A program made the position numbers and the translations under genes. A stretch of 63,827 bases of DNA, filler included, from Lenisia limosa (taxonomy: Eukaryota > Protista > Breviatea), in the NCBI GenBank assembly GCA_001655205.1. It is 12 parts of 12 records of this genome, joined end to end, with 100 filler letters (N's around TTAATTAATTAA, not from the genome) between each part and the next. Parts side by side here need not be neighbours in the genome. Positions count along the whole stretch, not along the records: positions 1 to 12,082 come from LPNZ01009578.1; positions 12,183 to 15,084 come from LPNZ01010539.1; 10 more parts are not named here. One strand, written 5' to 3'. Below the pieces are notes generated by a model. The model did not search any database. It was not told where the DNA came from and worked only from the letters and a program-made list of their open reading frames with translations. Numbering within the stretch: the first letter of the stretch is position 1; each line of letters starts with the position of its first letter. This document shows, piece by piece, positions 1 through 12,201 of this stretch.

Positions 1-144
1 AACAAACAAAGCCTAGGCGAGCGCTTCAGCAGCACCGAATCCCATCACTCCGGGGGCATCAAACTGAAATATCTGATGCAGTTCTTACCTCTTCATATCT
101 CTTATAATCTGAGCGGGCGGCCTCATCAACCTAAGTTGTCAGTA

Positions 145-244
145 GGGCTTCAATTCGGTTCAAAAAAAAAAACACTGAATTTCTCGAAAAATTCTCGAAA
201 ATTATCAATATTTTACCGGTATTATTTGAACCAAAGTGAAGCCC
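145..244. mobile_element. MITE family A copy (~97 bp, TIR GGGCTTCACTTCGGTTCGAAAA)
   Basis: Runs gggcttcaattcggttc...gaaccaaagtgaagccc; homologous to more than 20 other copies in the window. Confidence 0.8.
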
Positions 245-504
245 AAGTAGTCAGCATCTCATTGCGCTGGCTCAATATTGTTATTGAGGTACTTTTTTAA
301 TTCTGTTTTAGACCCCCCCCCCCNNNNNNNNNNNNNNNNNNNNNNNNNNNNNNNNNNNNNNNNNNNNNNNNNNNNNNNNNNNNNNNNNNNNNNNNNNNNN
401 NNNNNNNNNNNNNNNNNNNNNNNNNNNNNNNNNNNNNNNNNNNNNNNNNNNNNNNNNNGTAATGAATAAAATTCTATTATGGGGGTCCAAACAACCCACA
501 ACCA

Positions 505-2401
505 ACCTCGTCATATTTATGCTTCTCCATGAAGTTGGAAATGAACGATCTTGTTGATCTACTCGCAACTTCAATGCAGGTTTCACAGCGCTGAAATGGT
601 CAGTGAGAAGGGCTTCACTTCGGTTAAAAAAAAGACTGAATTTCTCGATAAATCTTCGAAAGTGAAGCTTGAATTCCACCATGATGCCCCCCCCCCCCCN
701 NNNNNNNNNNNNNNNNNNNNNNNNNNNNNNNNNNNNNNNNNNNNNNNNNNNNNNNNNNNNNNNNNNNNNNNNNNNACACACAGTTTTGTTGCCTCCGGCG
801 GCGGCGATGTGAAGTGGTGTTTGCCCGGCCTGGGTTGTTAGGAGGGAGTAAAAACGTTCGAAAAGGAGAAATATGCCTTTTTTCTGAGTGGTGAAGGATA
901 AGGCCTGCCTGGGTTATAGGAGGGATGGGAAGTGAGAAAGCCCAAAGTGTACGAGTGAATAAAAACAGTCATTGTGAGAAATACAGTGAATACGGATGGT
1001 ATTGAGTATGATTCCCTTCCTTAATATTCCCACTTCTCCCCCCTTTTCAGAAAAGACTAAAAATATCGATTTTAAAGGGTTTTATGAAGAAATTTGGTGC
1101 TACCTTGTCCATGGCATTAACGGAGAAGTTCTTGAGTAGGGTAGAAACGGTCATATTTGAAGCGCCGGCCGCGGCGACGTGGAGGGCAGTTTGTCCTTTC
1201 TGGTCTTGAACATCCACAAGAAGGCCTTCATGGTCGCCCTCGAGGACCGCCATAACAAGCCCATCACCCTTAGAAGCCTTGCACAGGGCATGTACAACAG
1301 TGGAGCCATCAGTCTGGGTTGTTAGTGATTGAAACCGCATCATATTTCGGATGTTAGTAATCTGGAAGTATTTACTCTTCTTTAGTCCAAAATACAAATG
1401 GAAATATGTTTATTGATGATGAATCAAGAAATTCGGTCATATTTCGGCTGTAGCTTGCTTGGGTCCACAAGATCATTCAAAAGAAAATTACTACTGAGCC
1501 TCTTCGGTCCACTAAATCTAGCCCGGAGAGAAGATCCCCTGTTTTATCTCATATTCAAAGCTTTAATAAACTACTTATGAAAACAGGGATACATCAAAGG
1601 AGTGTTCTTCCATTTGAACGCCCTAGGCCCCAGCCCCAAATACCGGGTTGATGGCTTGGATCGCGGACTCCCCAAGATGCGACTTAATGATATTGAACAT
1701 CATGATATCACCTCTGGTGGCGGCAAAATAGGAAATTGGTGTTCCATCCTATATGGAGTTATTTTTGGGAAAGACTCTCTCTCTGGATATCTCTTGCCAG
1801 AAATCAGAGATTGATTGTATTTCAAGCTCCAAAATGGACTAGGGAAATACGGAAAGGATTTTTCAAAAGCAGTCCGTAATGTGGTTCGCTTAATTCGCAA
1901 AATTGAAAGTGAATGATGGATAATAGAGGAACAGGCAGAACTACCAGTTGCTTAGCCCCGACTCCCTCCCCCTCCTAATCCCCATACTTTCATGGTCTTA
2001 AGAGGGTTATCCTCAAGAAGCACGCTCAAAGAGCGCAGGGCACCTTTTTTCAATGAATGGTCGAGGCATTCGGATTTCTAGTTCTTGTAAATAGAGGGTG
2101 GAAGAGGTGAAAGGTGGTTGGAAATTCAGGGTTTGTTCCTATTGGTTTAGTACTTTAACATACTGTTTCAGCGGAGAGAGCAGGGATAAGAGCTTGGAGG
2201 CTTGCGCCAAGGTCTTTTTGAGAGACCAGGATGGCGATCTTCTCTAATTCCTGCAAAGTTATGATTAACAACATGTATGTTTAAGTGTCTTACCATGCTA
2301 TTGGCTTTAATATCGACTTCTTTGACGGTCTTTAGAAACTCTAAGACATGTTCTGACGAGTTGGTCAACGTTATTTCTTTAAGTTTTGTGAAATCCACCA
2401 T
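505..2401 (-). CDS. Ankyrin-repeat protein, multi-exon; 3' end not resolved
   Basis: ATG at 2401 (MVDFTKLKEITLTNSSEHVLEFLKTVKEVDIKANSM|gtaag). Phase-consistent GT-AG exons follow: ELEKIAILVSQKDLGASLQALIPALSAET and KSECLDHSLKKGALRSLSVLLEDNPLKTMK. The ankyrin exon at ~1102-1335 reads GSTVVHALCK...DVQDQKGQTALHVAAAGASNMTVSTLLKNFSVNAMDK. A further AG/GT-bounded exon lies at ~507-590. Confidence 0.7.
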
Positions 2402-2687
2402 TATGTTGATACAGCTAAGAGAAAGGAAATCAAAACTCAAATTCAAACTATTAAAAAGGTGAGAACATGGGTGTTCTATGAACCATAGTTTCTCTTGATA
2501 TTATCACGGGTACACCATTTTAATGTTTTTTTTGGTTTTATTTTCAACACAAACAAGGTATTAGGTATTAGTGTGTTTAAAAGTTGTTAATCTGTTTACT
2601 CGGATATAAAGAAGTGGTTGGATTACCACGTTCATATTTCGTTGTTATTTGTGAAGCTACTGTGGCCTTCTTAGCGGCCAGCTCACA

Positions 2688-4674
2688 ATGGCCTCAAAGA
2701 CACAATACAAAGTTGTCCTGCTGGGCGAAGGATGCGTGGGAAAGACTTCTTTGGTGATGAGATACGTTTCGAACACTTTTAATGAAAAGCACATCACTAC
2801 TATCCAAGCCTTATTCGTTCCTAAGCGCTTAAACCTTGATGGCCAAAGCATGACAATGAACATTTGGGTGAGTTATCTTTTTTCACTTTTTGTTGTGCCG
2901 TTTTCTTTACCTTTTTCAACAAAGTAACGCTGCATTTAGGATACAGCAGGGCAAGAGAAATACCATGCCCTTGGTCCTATATACTACAGGTAATTATTTT
3001 GTTCCTGTCCATTTGTTCTAACACCTTTTTAGAGATGCCGACGGCGCAGTATTGGTATATGATATTACAGACGTTGATTCTTTCAACAAAGTTCAGACCT
3101 GGGTGAAAGAGGTTAGTTCTTCCTCTTTTCAGGGTGAGCCTTCTCTGATACTCTAGCTCCGAAAGATGCTTGGAAAGGATATTGAGCTCATAATTGCGGG
3201 AAACAAGTCTGATATGGAGAAGAACCGTAATGTGACGCTTGCTGAGGCTGAGGCGTCTGTGGGATATTCGGTACAATTTCGGTGTATTGGCCATTGCCAT
3301 AAATGTCAAGGAATAAAATGAACATGTGTCGTATTGGGAACAATTTCCTGTATATTTGCAGTTTTGTGTTTATTTTCATACATTTTTTTTTTTTTTAAGA
3401 AAATGAAAGCACATTAATGCGCATAATTGAGTAAATGGTTCATCGTCATCTTCCTAGATACGCTGCATCTGTAGGTGCACGACACTATTCCACGTCAGCG
3501 AAACACGACACGGGGGTCAGCGACATGTTTTTGGAGTTGTTGAAGAGTGGGTGGAGGACAATTATCGCAGCTACCAGATTTGAGTTTAAAATAGTTTTGT
3601 GTTGCTTTTCAACCTTCACACGAGGGAGTGTTCTTTCTTTATATTCACATGTGTATTATAAAACATTTCGGACACTTTTTGTCTTCAGTATTCTCCATTT
3701 TTATCTTCCAAATGGAAAGGTTTCACCCTCATAAGTTTTAACTTTTACTGATGTGTGTTCTTTGTGTTTGTAGTTTTATATTATTCGATCCGTGATAGTA
3801 TCTTTATTCCAGTATTCTTTTTCATTTTTTTTTACCTGCAGAATTTCTAGCCAATGTACTTTTTATTATTATTATTATTATTTCTTAAAGTTGCCATTTT
3901 TAATTCCTTCNNNNNNNNNNNNNNNNNNNNNNNNNNNNNNNNNNNNNNNNNNNNNNNNNNNNNNNNNNNNNNNNNNNNNNTATTTTCTTCCAGCAACTAT
4001 TTGATTATTGATTTCCATGCTTTTTATTCTCTTTAATAAATATTTTTACACGTCATTACTGTCATCGGACTTTCATTTGTTTTACCTCCCGCGGTTGTTA
4101 CAATGTTCTGATAAGAAACGTCCATATTTTTGCATTTAGATTTATTTTTTTGTTCACATACCCAAAATTAATATCAACCCCGTAAAGTTTTGTTTTTTAA
4201 CAAGTTTGAAATTTGCCACATATTTGGAGACAAAATGAAAACACATTAGTTTATTTGATTCAAAATATTGCACGTATGAGGGAGGCAACGCAAGCCTTAT
4301 TGGCTTGTTCATACACTCCATCCCCTCTCCTAACCCTGATATGGTTCAGAAATTGACCTGCATGCGTATATATCAAATAACCCTTATAACCATGATGGTG
4401 ACGATGTTGTGGACGTTTTTGATCAGGTACTTCCATTTTATTTTTCACCGTGACTGACTGTTTAGCTATGGCACAGAAAAAACCTTCAGCTGCTTCAAGG
4501 CGAGGTTGGAGGGGGGTAGCAAGAAATAGATCTTCTCTTTGACCTTCTTATTAACGTAGTATGTTTATTCCATATTAATATTGGTCGAAACTTTTCTTTT
4601 CTAACTCAATAGGGGCTGGTCTTCTTATTGTGGATGATTCTTCGCAGAACAAGAAGAAGGGTGGATGTTGTTAG
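2688..4674 (+). CDS. RAB21: Rab21 small GTPase, 7 exons
   Basis: Exons splice to MASKTQYKVVLLGEGCVGKTSLVMRY...IW|DTAGQEKYHALGPIYYR|DADGAVLVYDITD...WVKE|LRKMLGKDIELIIAGNKSD...|YAASVGARHYSTSAK...|...KKKGGCC*. The Rab21 signatures LLGEGCVGKTS and HALGPIYYR are present, with a C-terminal CC prenylation motif. Confidence 0.95.
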
Positions 4675-4919
4675 AGCTTGTTTTTTTTTTATTTGCTGAA
4701 ATACAGAGTACGTTTTTCATATTTTTTTTTGGTTGCGTCGTAACAAGACCAATTTTATTACCAGAAAGCTAAGTTTAGTCATATTAATACTATTTCAAAA
4801 AAAAATAAATATCAAAACACATTGAATTGTCAAGAAAGTTTATCAGACCTTACGATAAATAGAACCAGAAAGGAACATCTGGCTGAAAAGAAACACTCTC
4901 GTCGGGCTAGATATTACGT

Positions 4920-5876
4920 TTACTTCTTCTTGGTAGCGGTAGTGGACTTCTTTTTGGGGGCATCGGGGGGTCCACCAGGGTTCTTTCCACGAAGTTTCAC
5001 ACCCAACACACGCTCCATCTTGACAAGAACCTGGGGAGTTAGGTGGGATGATATAATAGAAGAAAGGAACACAGAATGGTCATTTTTGTTGAGAGTGAGG
5101 GGGGTAGAGGTTTGAAAAAAAAAAAAAAAGGTAACATATAATAATGAGGGGTCCAACAACTTAACTTAATATCAACTTCATATTCAAAATGACATCAACC
5201 AACCTGAGTATTGGGGATGGCCTTGCCGTTTTCGTACTCCTGGATGGTCGTGGGCTTTTCGTTGATTTTCTTTAGAAGTTAGACACAGGGAGCTGAATTA
5301 TAATGGAAAGTCCACGCCACTCAAGATTATTCAGCATCTGATTGAAAACGTAAATTTTGATTGATTCACAATGTTTAACTAACTAGACAAATTCCCACCG
5401 TTGCTAGCTCCTTCTGAGAAAGCTTCTTGTCAAGGCGTGCCTTCATGATGATCTTGCAAAGAGAGCGCTCAACATGCTTGTCTGAAATGTTACTGATGCG
5501 GTAGCTGATGCACCACGTATTAAACAGATGCAAACTATCCCATTAAACAATATTAATAACAATCTAAATACAAAAGAAGGGAGACAAGTGTGAGAGTGAG
5601 GTGAAAAGTGAGAGGAATATTATTCTTTGAATGAAACTCACGTGAAAGCTCTTCAGTTTCTTCATCGACCTTCAAGGAGTTCATTTGCATGCCGCGCTGC
5701 TGGTTCTTGCCTGCACCAACTATGGAAAAGTGAGCCCAATCACAAAATCCGCTTTCCTTACACTTAAATGGTCCAGCGCTAGTATGAACAGCATTTCCGG
5801 GGACACCAGATCCTCCTCCTCCTCCTGAGGTCTTTGAAACGACCACACGGTCCCAGTCTTGTCCTTGCATCTGCAT
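4920..5876 (-). CDS. MBF1: Multiprotein bridging factor 1 (MBF1/EDF1), 5 exons
   Basis: Reads MQMQGQDWDRVVVSK...|VGAGKNQQRG...SLKVDEETEELS|KHVERSLCKIIMKARLDKKLSQKELAT|KINEKPTTIQEYENGKAIPNTQ|VLVKMERVLGVKLRGK...*, with the MBF1 N-terminal QDW motif and the HTH domain. Confidence 0.93.
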
Positions 5877-6123
5877 CTTGGTTTTATATTAAAAAATAAG
5901 CAAAAAAAAAAAAGTGTGTTTGGTAAAAAAAGGAAAACAGCCCGGTCTCCGGTCTTAGGGCTCAGGGCAGGGGCAGATGGAGTTTGGATGGAATATCATC
6001 ATTTCTTGACAATTATTTTATTCAATGAATTTCAATACAACTCACTCAACATACATCACAAGTACCAATTAAAATACAAGAAAAATTACATTTTGCCACT
6101 AAAACTTCAATAAAATAAAAAAC

Positions 6124-7567
6124 CTAATACCTATCACTACGAGAGTGAGAGGACCGCCTATCTCTGTCGTCTCTCGAATATCTGTCATCCCTCCTTCTGT
6201 CGTCATCATATCTGCGACGATCATCACGTTCATACCTCCTTCTGTCATCTCTGTCATCTCTTCTTCTATCATCTCTATCCCTATCATCTCTTCTTCTTTC
6301 ATCTCTGTCCCTATCACTCCTTCTCTCATCATAGCGTCTTCTATCGTCGCGATCACGGTCGGAGCGTTCGTCTCTATCAGCGCTTCTGCGAGGTTCACTT
6401 CCGCCTCGTTGGCTTTCAGGGGACGCACGAGCAGGGGGTTCATCGACCTTGCCGATAGCGCGGTCGATTTTGCGGCGTTCTTGGCGCTCCCATGCAGACA
6501 TTTCGCGGTCACTACACAGTGAGAAATATCAGAGTAAATAGTTGGAATACAATCACAACTGGTCATCTTTCAGGTGTTATAGAAAATCCCACAAACGGAG
6601 GGTGAGAGCCTTCCATGTTGTTCTTCATGAAGTAGAGAGTCAATTCTAAAAGACATTAAGACAATTGACACACCAGTCACGAAAAATTTGGACACATCCA
6701 CCCATACTTACCTCTGAGAACCTTGGTAGGAAGTCTGGGAAGAAGAGATTCCAGGTAGCGGTCATTAACAATAAGATCAACGATAAACTGCCCGATGGTC
6801 CTGATAAGGTTAGATGCTGAAGGATGCAGGGATACATCAGTAACAAGGTTGGAGGAGAAAGGCACTACAGATGGGAGTGAGGGAATCAAGATGCAAAATT
6901 ATTTCTTTGTATCTGAAAGACCCAATATATCACAATTACACCAGGCAAGAAACTTAGCAACCGTGGAAGAATGGAGGGAACCCAGGAGGCTTCTACAATA
7001 CAGAATGAGAATGGGATGATAAAGATTATGGAACGCGGTTGGGCTTACACTTCAGTTCCAACAACGGTCTGAATGACCTCATTGTCATTAAAATAAGGCT
7101 GCAGAAACTCAAAGAGACGGTGGGGAGGGCAGACATAACGGAGGTAGAGGATACCACAAGCACGGACAAAGCTGAAAGGTGACCAGAGGAGAGAGTCAGC
7201 TTACTTGCTATCAGGATGCTGGAGCATGGCGGTAACTTGTTTCTCTGTAAGCTTAAAACAAAAGAGCTTGTAGATAAGGCAAAGAGCGGTTCCAGGAACA
7301 CGTCCGTTATTCTCAACCACTTCAATAGACGTACATGTGCTTTCCATCCGTTGGATAGTCTCTTCAACAGACTTAAGATTACTAAAGGAGTTAAAAGATA
7401 AGGGAATGCGACTGCCAACTAGAGGTCTTCTTTGAAATAGATGGAAGAAATCACTTTCGTGTAGATTTGGGGCTCCAAGTTCATGGTTTTGGCACTTCCC
7501 TGTACCTAGGAGGGTCAAACACGATTCTTGGAGAAGTTGTCCATACTTCAAGTTTTACGTCTTCCAT
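6124..7567 (-). CDS. PRPF38B: Pre-mRNA splicing factor PRP38 family (PRPF38B-like) with RD/RE-rich tail
   Basis: Reads MEDVKLE|VQGSAKTMNLEPQIYTKVISSIYFKEDL|YNLKSVEETIQRME...GTALCLIYKLFCFKLTEKQVTAMLQHPDSK..., matching the PRP38 domain (TMNL, LxYKLFxxKLTxKQV, HxDS). The last exon is Arg/Asp-rich (ORF 6124-6501). The first two introns are 41 and 38 nt. Confidence 0.88.
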
Positions 7568-7825
7568 TTTTGAAACAATGTGCAGTTACAGAGACTGTTA
7601 GAGACTTTGAATGAAAAATTGAATTTTTGTCACAATTTTTATAGTAAACCGGGTCCCGGGGTACCTCTATATATGTGGATTTTTTTTTGTTTGTTGTTGT
7701 TTTTTTTGCAAAACCGCTTAGTTTACATCTCAAGTGTATAATACACAGTATATTATCTCGTAAATTCGTTACAAAGATTCCTCATTTGTTGTGTTAATAG
7801 TCCCTGTTGGGGCTTTTAGGGTAAA

Positions 7826-10800
7826 ATGTCTGGTTTTGACGAGTTTGACGTTTATTCTGGAACTTCTACGTTCCATGAAGCGACATACAACCCAAGCACG
7901 CAAGGTTGGTCTCCTCTCCAGCCTCCCTTTGACTCCCTATGTAGATGACTTCGGTACTGCATTACCAGAAAAGACCTTTAAAGAGGAGAAACATGTGGAA
8001 ACCTCCATTTTTGCCTTGTCCCCCGTTAGATTCCCCCTCCCAGCTCCGATCACTGACTTTGACATTGCCAACGGGACCGTCTGTGTCGGGCTCCAAAACG
8101 GAACAATTACAAAGTTGAACCTGGCTGATGCTGCGAATGTTAATAGTAAGATGGGTTACATCAAATTATTTCCATGATTTTTGGTTTAATCTCCATAGCT
8201 TATGAAATTGGAAAGGGCGCAGAACCAGTTAAGGTTTGATGGAGGGAGTGAAATGGGCTAGCTGATTGTTTGGGTAAAGCAAGCCGTGATTGTTGTGATT
8301 CAGTTGTCATAAAATATCTTCTTCTGTTTGTTCGACCTGGTATTAGGCTGATCCACCTTACTGAAAGTTTTTTTTTTTTTGAGGGAGTAGTTATTTGGAT
8401 CGTGTGGTAGATTGTTTTTCCTTGTGAAATTCGTTGTAATTCTGATTTTTTGTGGTTAGAAAGAGTTTAGGAGATGGAGTGTGGGCCATTTTTTTTTTAT
8501 TTTATTCTTTTTCTTCTCTATTAATTTAATTGTTTTGCATCATTTTTTCTAATGATTCAGAGAGTGTTTGTGGATTTGACTGGAGACCACATTTTGATCT
8601 CCACCACAAATCACAACTACTACATCAACTCACGTGAGCCGGGATGCACTTTAATGCCATATTCTATGCTATATTGTACCAGCTAGCGACTAATGATATT
8701 TTATTTTATTCAGGGAAAATGATCTAAAAAGTGGTGTGATACAGATTCTGCTCTAGTCTAATATAAAACCAAAACGAAGGCGATTAGGGATTGCTATTTT
8801 TTTTTGTTATTTCATTTTTCCGAGCTCAAAAATATTGCATGACCCAGGAGTATTACATTTTCTTTTGGGGGTTTCTGATTTGCTGATTAGAATGGAAACA
8901 AGCACGAAAGCTTGAGAAGCTGAAGACAGGCACAATCAATGCCGTTTCATGGTCGCAAGAGGTTGGGGGGGGGGGGGAACTTTGCTTTTTCATGGTTACT
9001 TCATTCAAAAATGTTACCAGAAATATTATGTATGATATATCGATATGTATAGAGTATATCATATACATATACATATAGGAATAATAACACATTCTAAACA
9101 ATTACGCGTGTTATATAGAAATGAGAAATAAACAATAAGGTTGTATCTTGCCATAAGTGACTTAGGGAACTGTGTACCAAATAGAAGTGTATATTTTTAT
9201 ATTTTTACACCGCTGTGCTATTTTATTTAAGATTGTTGTTGACACCACTTTAGGCCTCTCCGCACTGTACCTCCACTTTTCTTATTGGCTGCAGTAATGG
9301 TTGGTTGGCACTCTAATATATTTTAGGTATATGGTACAATAAAAAGAAGATCTATTGTTTGTTTTGTTCAAATCTTCGGATTTATTGCTTTTTTTTGTGG
9401 GCGTGTATGTGTGTTTTGTTTTGTATTAGCCTCCCCACCTCATTACACAAAGAGTTGTGACCAATTTTAGAATACGTCATCTTATTTAATCTTAATCACC
9501 AATATTATGTTTCTCCAGGAACTATCCAAAGTTGCAACTTCGACATTCACGTTAAGAAGGAGCGAGTTGAAGAGAAAATCAAAATCGTGAGGGATGAGAG
9601 GTGTTGTTTATTTTTTCGCGATAAGTCAGAAACTACAAAATTAAAAAAAAAAAAATGCAAATTTTTGGCAGTGGATATTGCGCTACTCCTCATTTAGTAT
9701 GCCAATTTGGGGATATCTATCTATCCAAGGAGCAAATTAGTATTTTAGGTCGACTAATTCCTTCCAGATTGGAACTATTGAAGGGGAAATCACGTCTCTC
9801 GAAAGCTTTGAGTACGAGTCTAGGTGAGATGCTGCTGTAAGTAATCTACATCGCATTTCACAGAGAGAAGATAGAATAATGATGGATGCTCATTTACATT
9901 CCAAGGGAAAGGGATGGGATAATAATGGATGCTTATTTTTACATTCAACAGAGAGAAGATGGGATATGCTGGATGCTCATTTACCCAGGTCCGAATCGAT
10001 GTCTGCTGTGCTGGTGACTACTGACACACGATTCTACGTTTTTAGAGGAGGTGAGGATGGTGATAATGACTTTGTTCCGGGTGGGGGGGGGGGGNNNNNN
10101 NNNNNNNNNNNNNNNNNNNNNNNNNNNNNNNNNNNNNNNNNNNNNNNNNNNNNNNNNNNNNNNNNNNNNNNNNNNNNNNNNNNNNNNNNNNNNNGTTCTC
10201 GTTACACTATGTCCGACTTCAAATTTTGAAATTAATTTTTTCTTCATTCATCAATTTGACTCAAAAGGGCAATCATATCACACCTTGAGTATGCCGTATG
10301 AGTGGGGCTTCACTTCGGTTCCAAAAATACAGGGAAGATATCGATAGTTTTCGTGGATTTATCGAGATAATACAGTCTTTTTTTCGAACAGAAGTGAAGC
10401 CCAAGGTTCAGTCCTCTTATTGCTTTTGGCTAATATGAAAAACTACCCTGTGCAATTTTCTGAATGGTTATTTTAATTACTTACCTCCTTTATTTATTTT
10501 AGGAATCTGTTAAATTAATTGAAATAATTATTTCAAAATGTGAAGTCTGACATATTATGACGAGAACCCTATTCCAGACACTTTAATTTCTAATTTTGCC
10601 AATTAATTTCCTCAAAAAATTAATTGCACGGAGTTAAAATTAAATAACAAAATTTGAAATTATAGTGTCTGAAACGGAGTTTACATTGCACACTTCAATA
10701 AATTTGTCAATTAATTTATTTCTTCTTTGAACCACCTTAAACATTTGTATCACTCCTCCAGCCGGAAACTACGAGGCAATGTTTGCTGCTTATGAGGGTG

Positions 10801-12080
10801 GTGAGGCCCTGAAATTCCACGACTTCCCGGCAGACAAAGCAAACTCGCGACTCATGATCAAAAGGTGGGGGTTTATTTAGTGGGCATTATGCGTTAGCTA
10901 ATACTATTGTGGACGGCTTTGGCCAGATTCAACCTACTTTTTCTCTCATCTCTACAAATTATCTATTTGAGAGCTCTTATAACCAACAATAAGACTGTAT
11001 TTACATCAATATTTCACATATTTCTCAGTAATAGTGGTGTCTGACTCTTTAGTCCCTTCGCAGGAGAGCTGAATAACTCGCAATATTGCTGGACCAATGG
11101 CTGCGGATTGTACTGCGGAAAGATCACAGCTGATCACGAGGGCTTTGTCTCGGTTGATCAGAGCGCCACTCTCATCAACTACCCCGAGGGTCTTGAGAAC
11201 GCTAAAGGTCTGGGGGAGGGGATGTTAAAGGAGGACTTGGCTACCGTGGGTGTATGTTATGTATTTTTTTTATGTGTGTGTGTGTGTGTTTGTATGTACA
11301 TACACTGTACATGTACAAAATAGATCATATGTGTGTATTCTGTATGTGTGTGTGTGTATCTTGGGGGTGGGGTGATGCCATGTGTGGTGTGTGTGTGGCT
11401 TCCAATATCTATTTTGACACACAATATGATATCTATTTTGAAAAAGCACAGACAGCGATTAACAATTCAGGAAGCATCATTACCGATTTCCATATCTTGG
11501 TTGCTTCAGAAGATTGCATTTACAGCATTTCAAAGCTGAAGGAGAAGGTATTTCTGGACTTCTGTGTTTTTTGCAGTAACTCCTAAATAAATCGTCTTCA
11601 TCAAAATTTCCTTCGTTTACCCCCCCCCCCCCCNNNNNNNNNNNNNNNNNNNNNNNNNNNNNNNNNNNNNNNNNNNNNNNNNNNNNNNNNNNNNNNNNNN
11701 NNNNNNNNNNNNNNNNNNNNNNNNNNNNNNNNNNNNNNNNNNNNNNCATTGTTGCCGATCCCATCTCCGACACTTTCTGGGCCTTTTCTTCTGACACCAT
11801 TTTTGAGGTTAAGGTCGATTCGGAAGGTCGCAACGTGAGGAGGGGGAGGGGGGTAATGTTTGAATCTGGGGGTTTTATATCATGTTGGAGTGGGTGTTAT
11901 CTTAACCTGGGGTTTTATGTTACGTGTGTGTGTGGATGCGCGGGGGGAGGGGACAATGAGAAATACTGGATGGCAATATAAGAACAATTGGATGACAATA
12001 TAAGAACAATTGATCAACTCCATAGGAATGGAAGTATCAATTGGAGGAAGGCAACTACGATGAGGCTCTCAATATGTGTT
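7826..12080 (+). CDS. VPS18: Vacuolar sorting protein Vps18/Pep3, 5' part, truncated at scaffold end
   Basis: Starts MSGFDEFDVY. Later exons include VFVDLTGDHILISTTNHNYYINS, AVLVTTDTRFYVFRGG, FHILVASEDCIYSISKL and VKVDSEGRN|EWKYQLEEGNYDEAL. These follow the Pep3/Vps18 beta-propeller and the 'E.R.VW..YL..G.F..AL' transition. Confidence 0.82.
10305..10402. mobile_element. MITE family A copy in Vps18 intron
   Basis: Runs gggcttcacttcggttcc...gaacagaagtgaagccc. Confidence 0.85.
10446..10633. mobile_element. Second MITE family (ends CTCCGTGCAATT...AATTGCACGGAG); other copies 53045-53173, ~59718-59805, ~10640-10720
   Basis: Inverted termini, plus a shared AT-rich interior (aattaattgacaaaatttgaaattaaagtgtctgaaat.gggtt) between copies on different scaffolds. 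Confidence 0.65.
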
Positions 12081-12082
12081 CT

Positions 12083-12182
12083 NNNNNNNNNNNNNNNNNN
12101 NNNNNNNNNNNNNNNNNNNNNNNNNNTTAATTAATTAANNNNNNNNNNNNNNNNNNNNNNNNNNNNNNNNNNNNNNNNNNNN
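12083..12182. other. Artificial scaffold-joining spacer (44 N + TTAATTAATTAA + 44 N); 11 occurrences
   Basis: The 12-mer core lies at 12127, 15129, 25198, 31380, 38510, 41174, 44512, 54387, 56494, 57884 and 61900, always embedded in N runs. It gives stops in all six frames, and genes are cut at these points. Confidence 0.97.
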
Positions 12183-12201
12183 ATTTTACACGGATACTTT
12201 A

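Noticed and set aside
145-244. MITE A as a bacterial REP/terminator or tRNA-derived element
   Set aside because: The context is eukaryotic and intronic. I saw no tRNA A/B boxes or cloverleaf, and the TIR plus TA flanks fit a MITE better.
6145-6566. Overlapping ORFs on both strands at the PRP38 tail
   Set aside because: They are alternative frames of a low-complexity RD-repeat exon.
7500-7560. In-frame TGA/TAG upstream of PRP38 suggesting stop-codon reassignment
   Set aside because: They fall inside a 41-nt GT-AG intron. All reconstructed genes end in TAA, TAG or TGA and need no recoding.
12127-12138. TTAATTAATTAA palindrome recurring 11 times
   Set aside because: It is always centred in 44+44 N and cuts genes. 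It is a concatenation linker, so neighbourhoods across it are meaningless.
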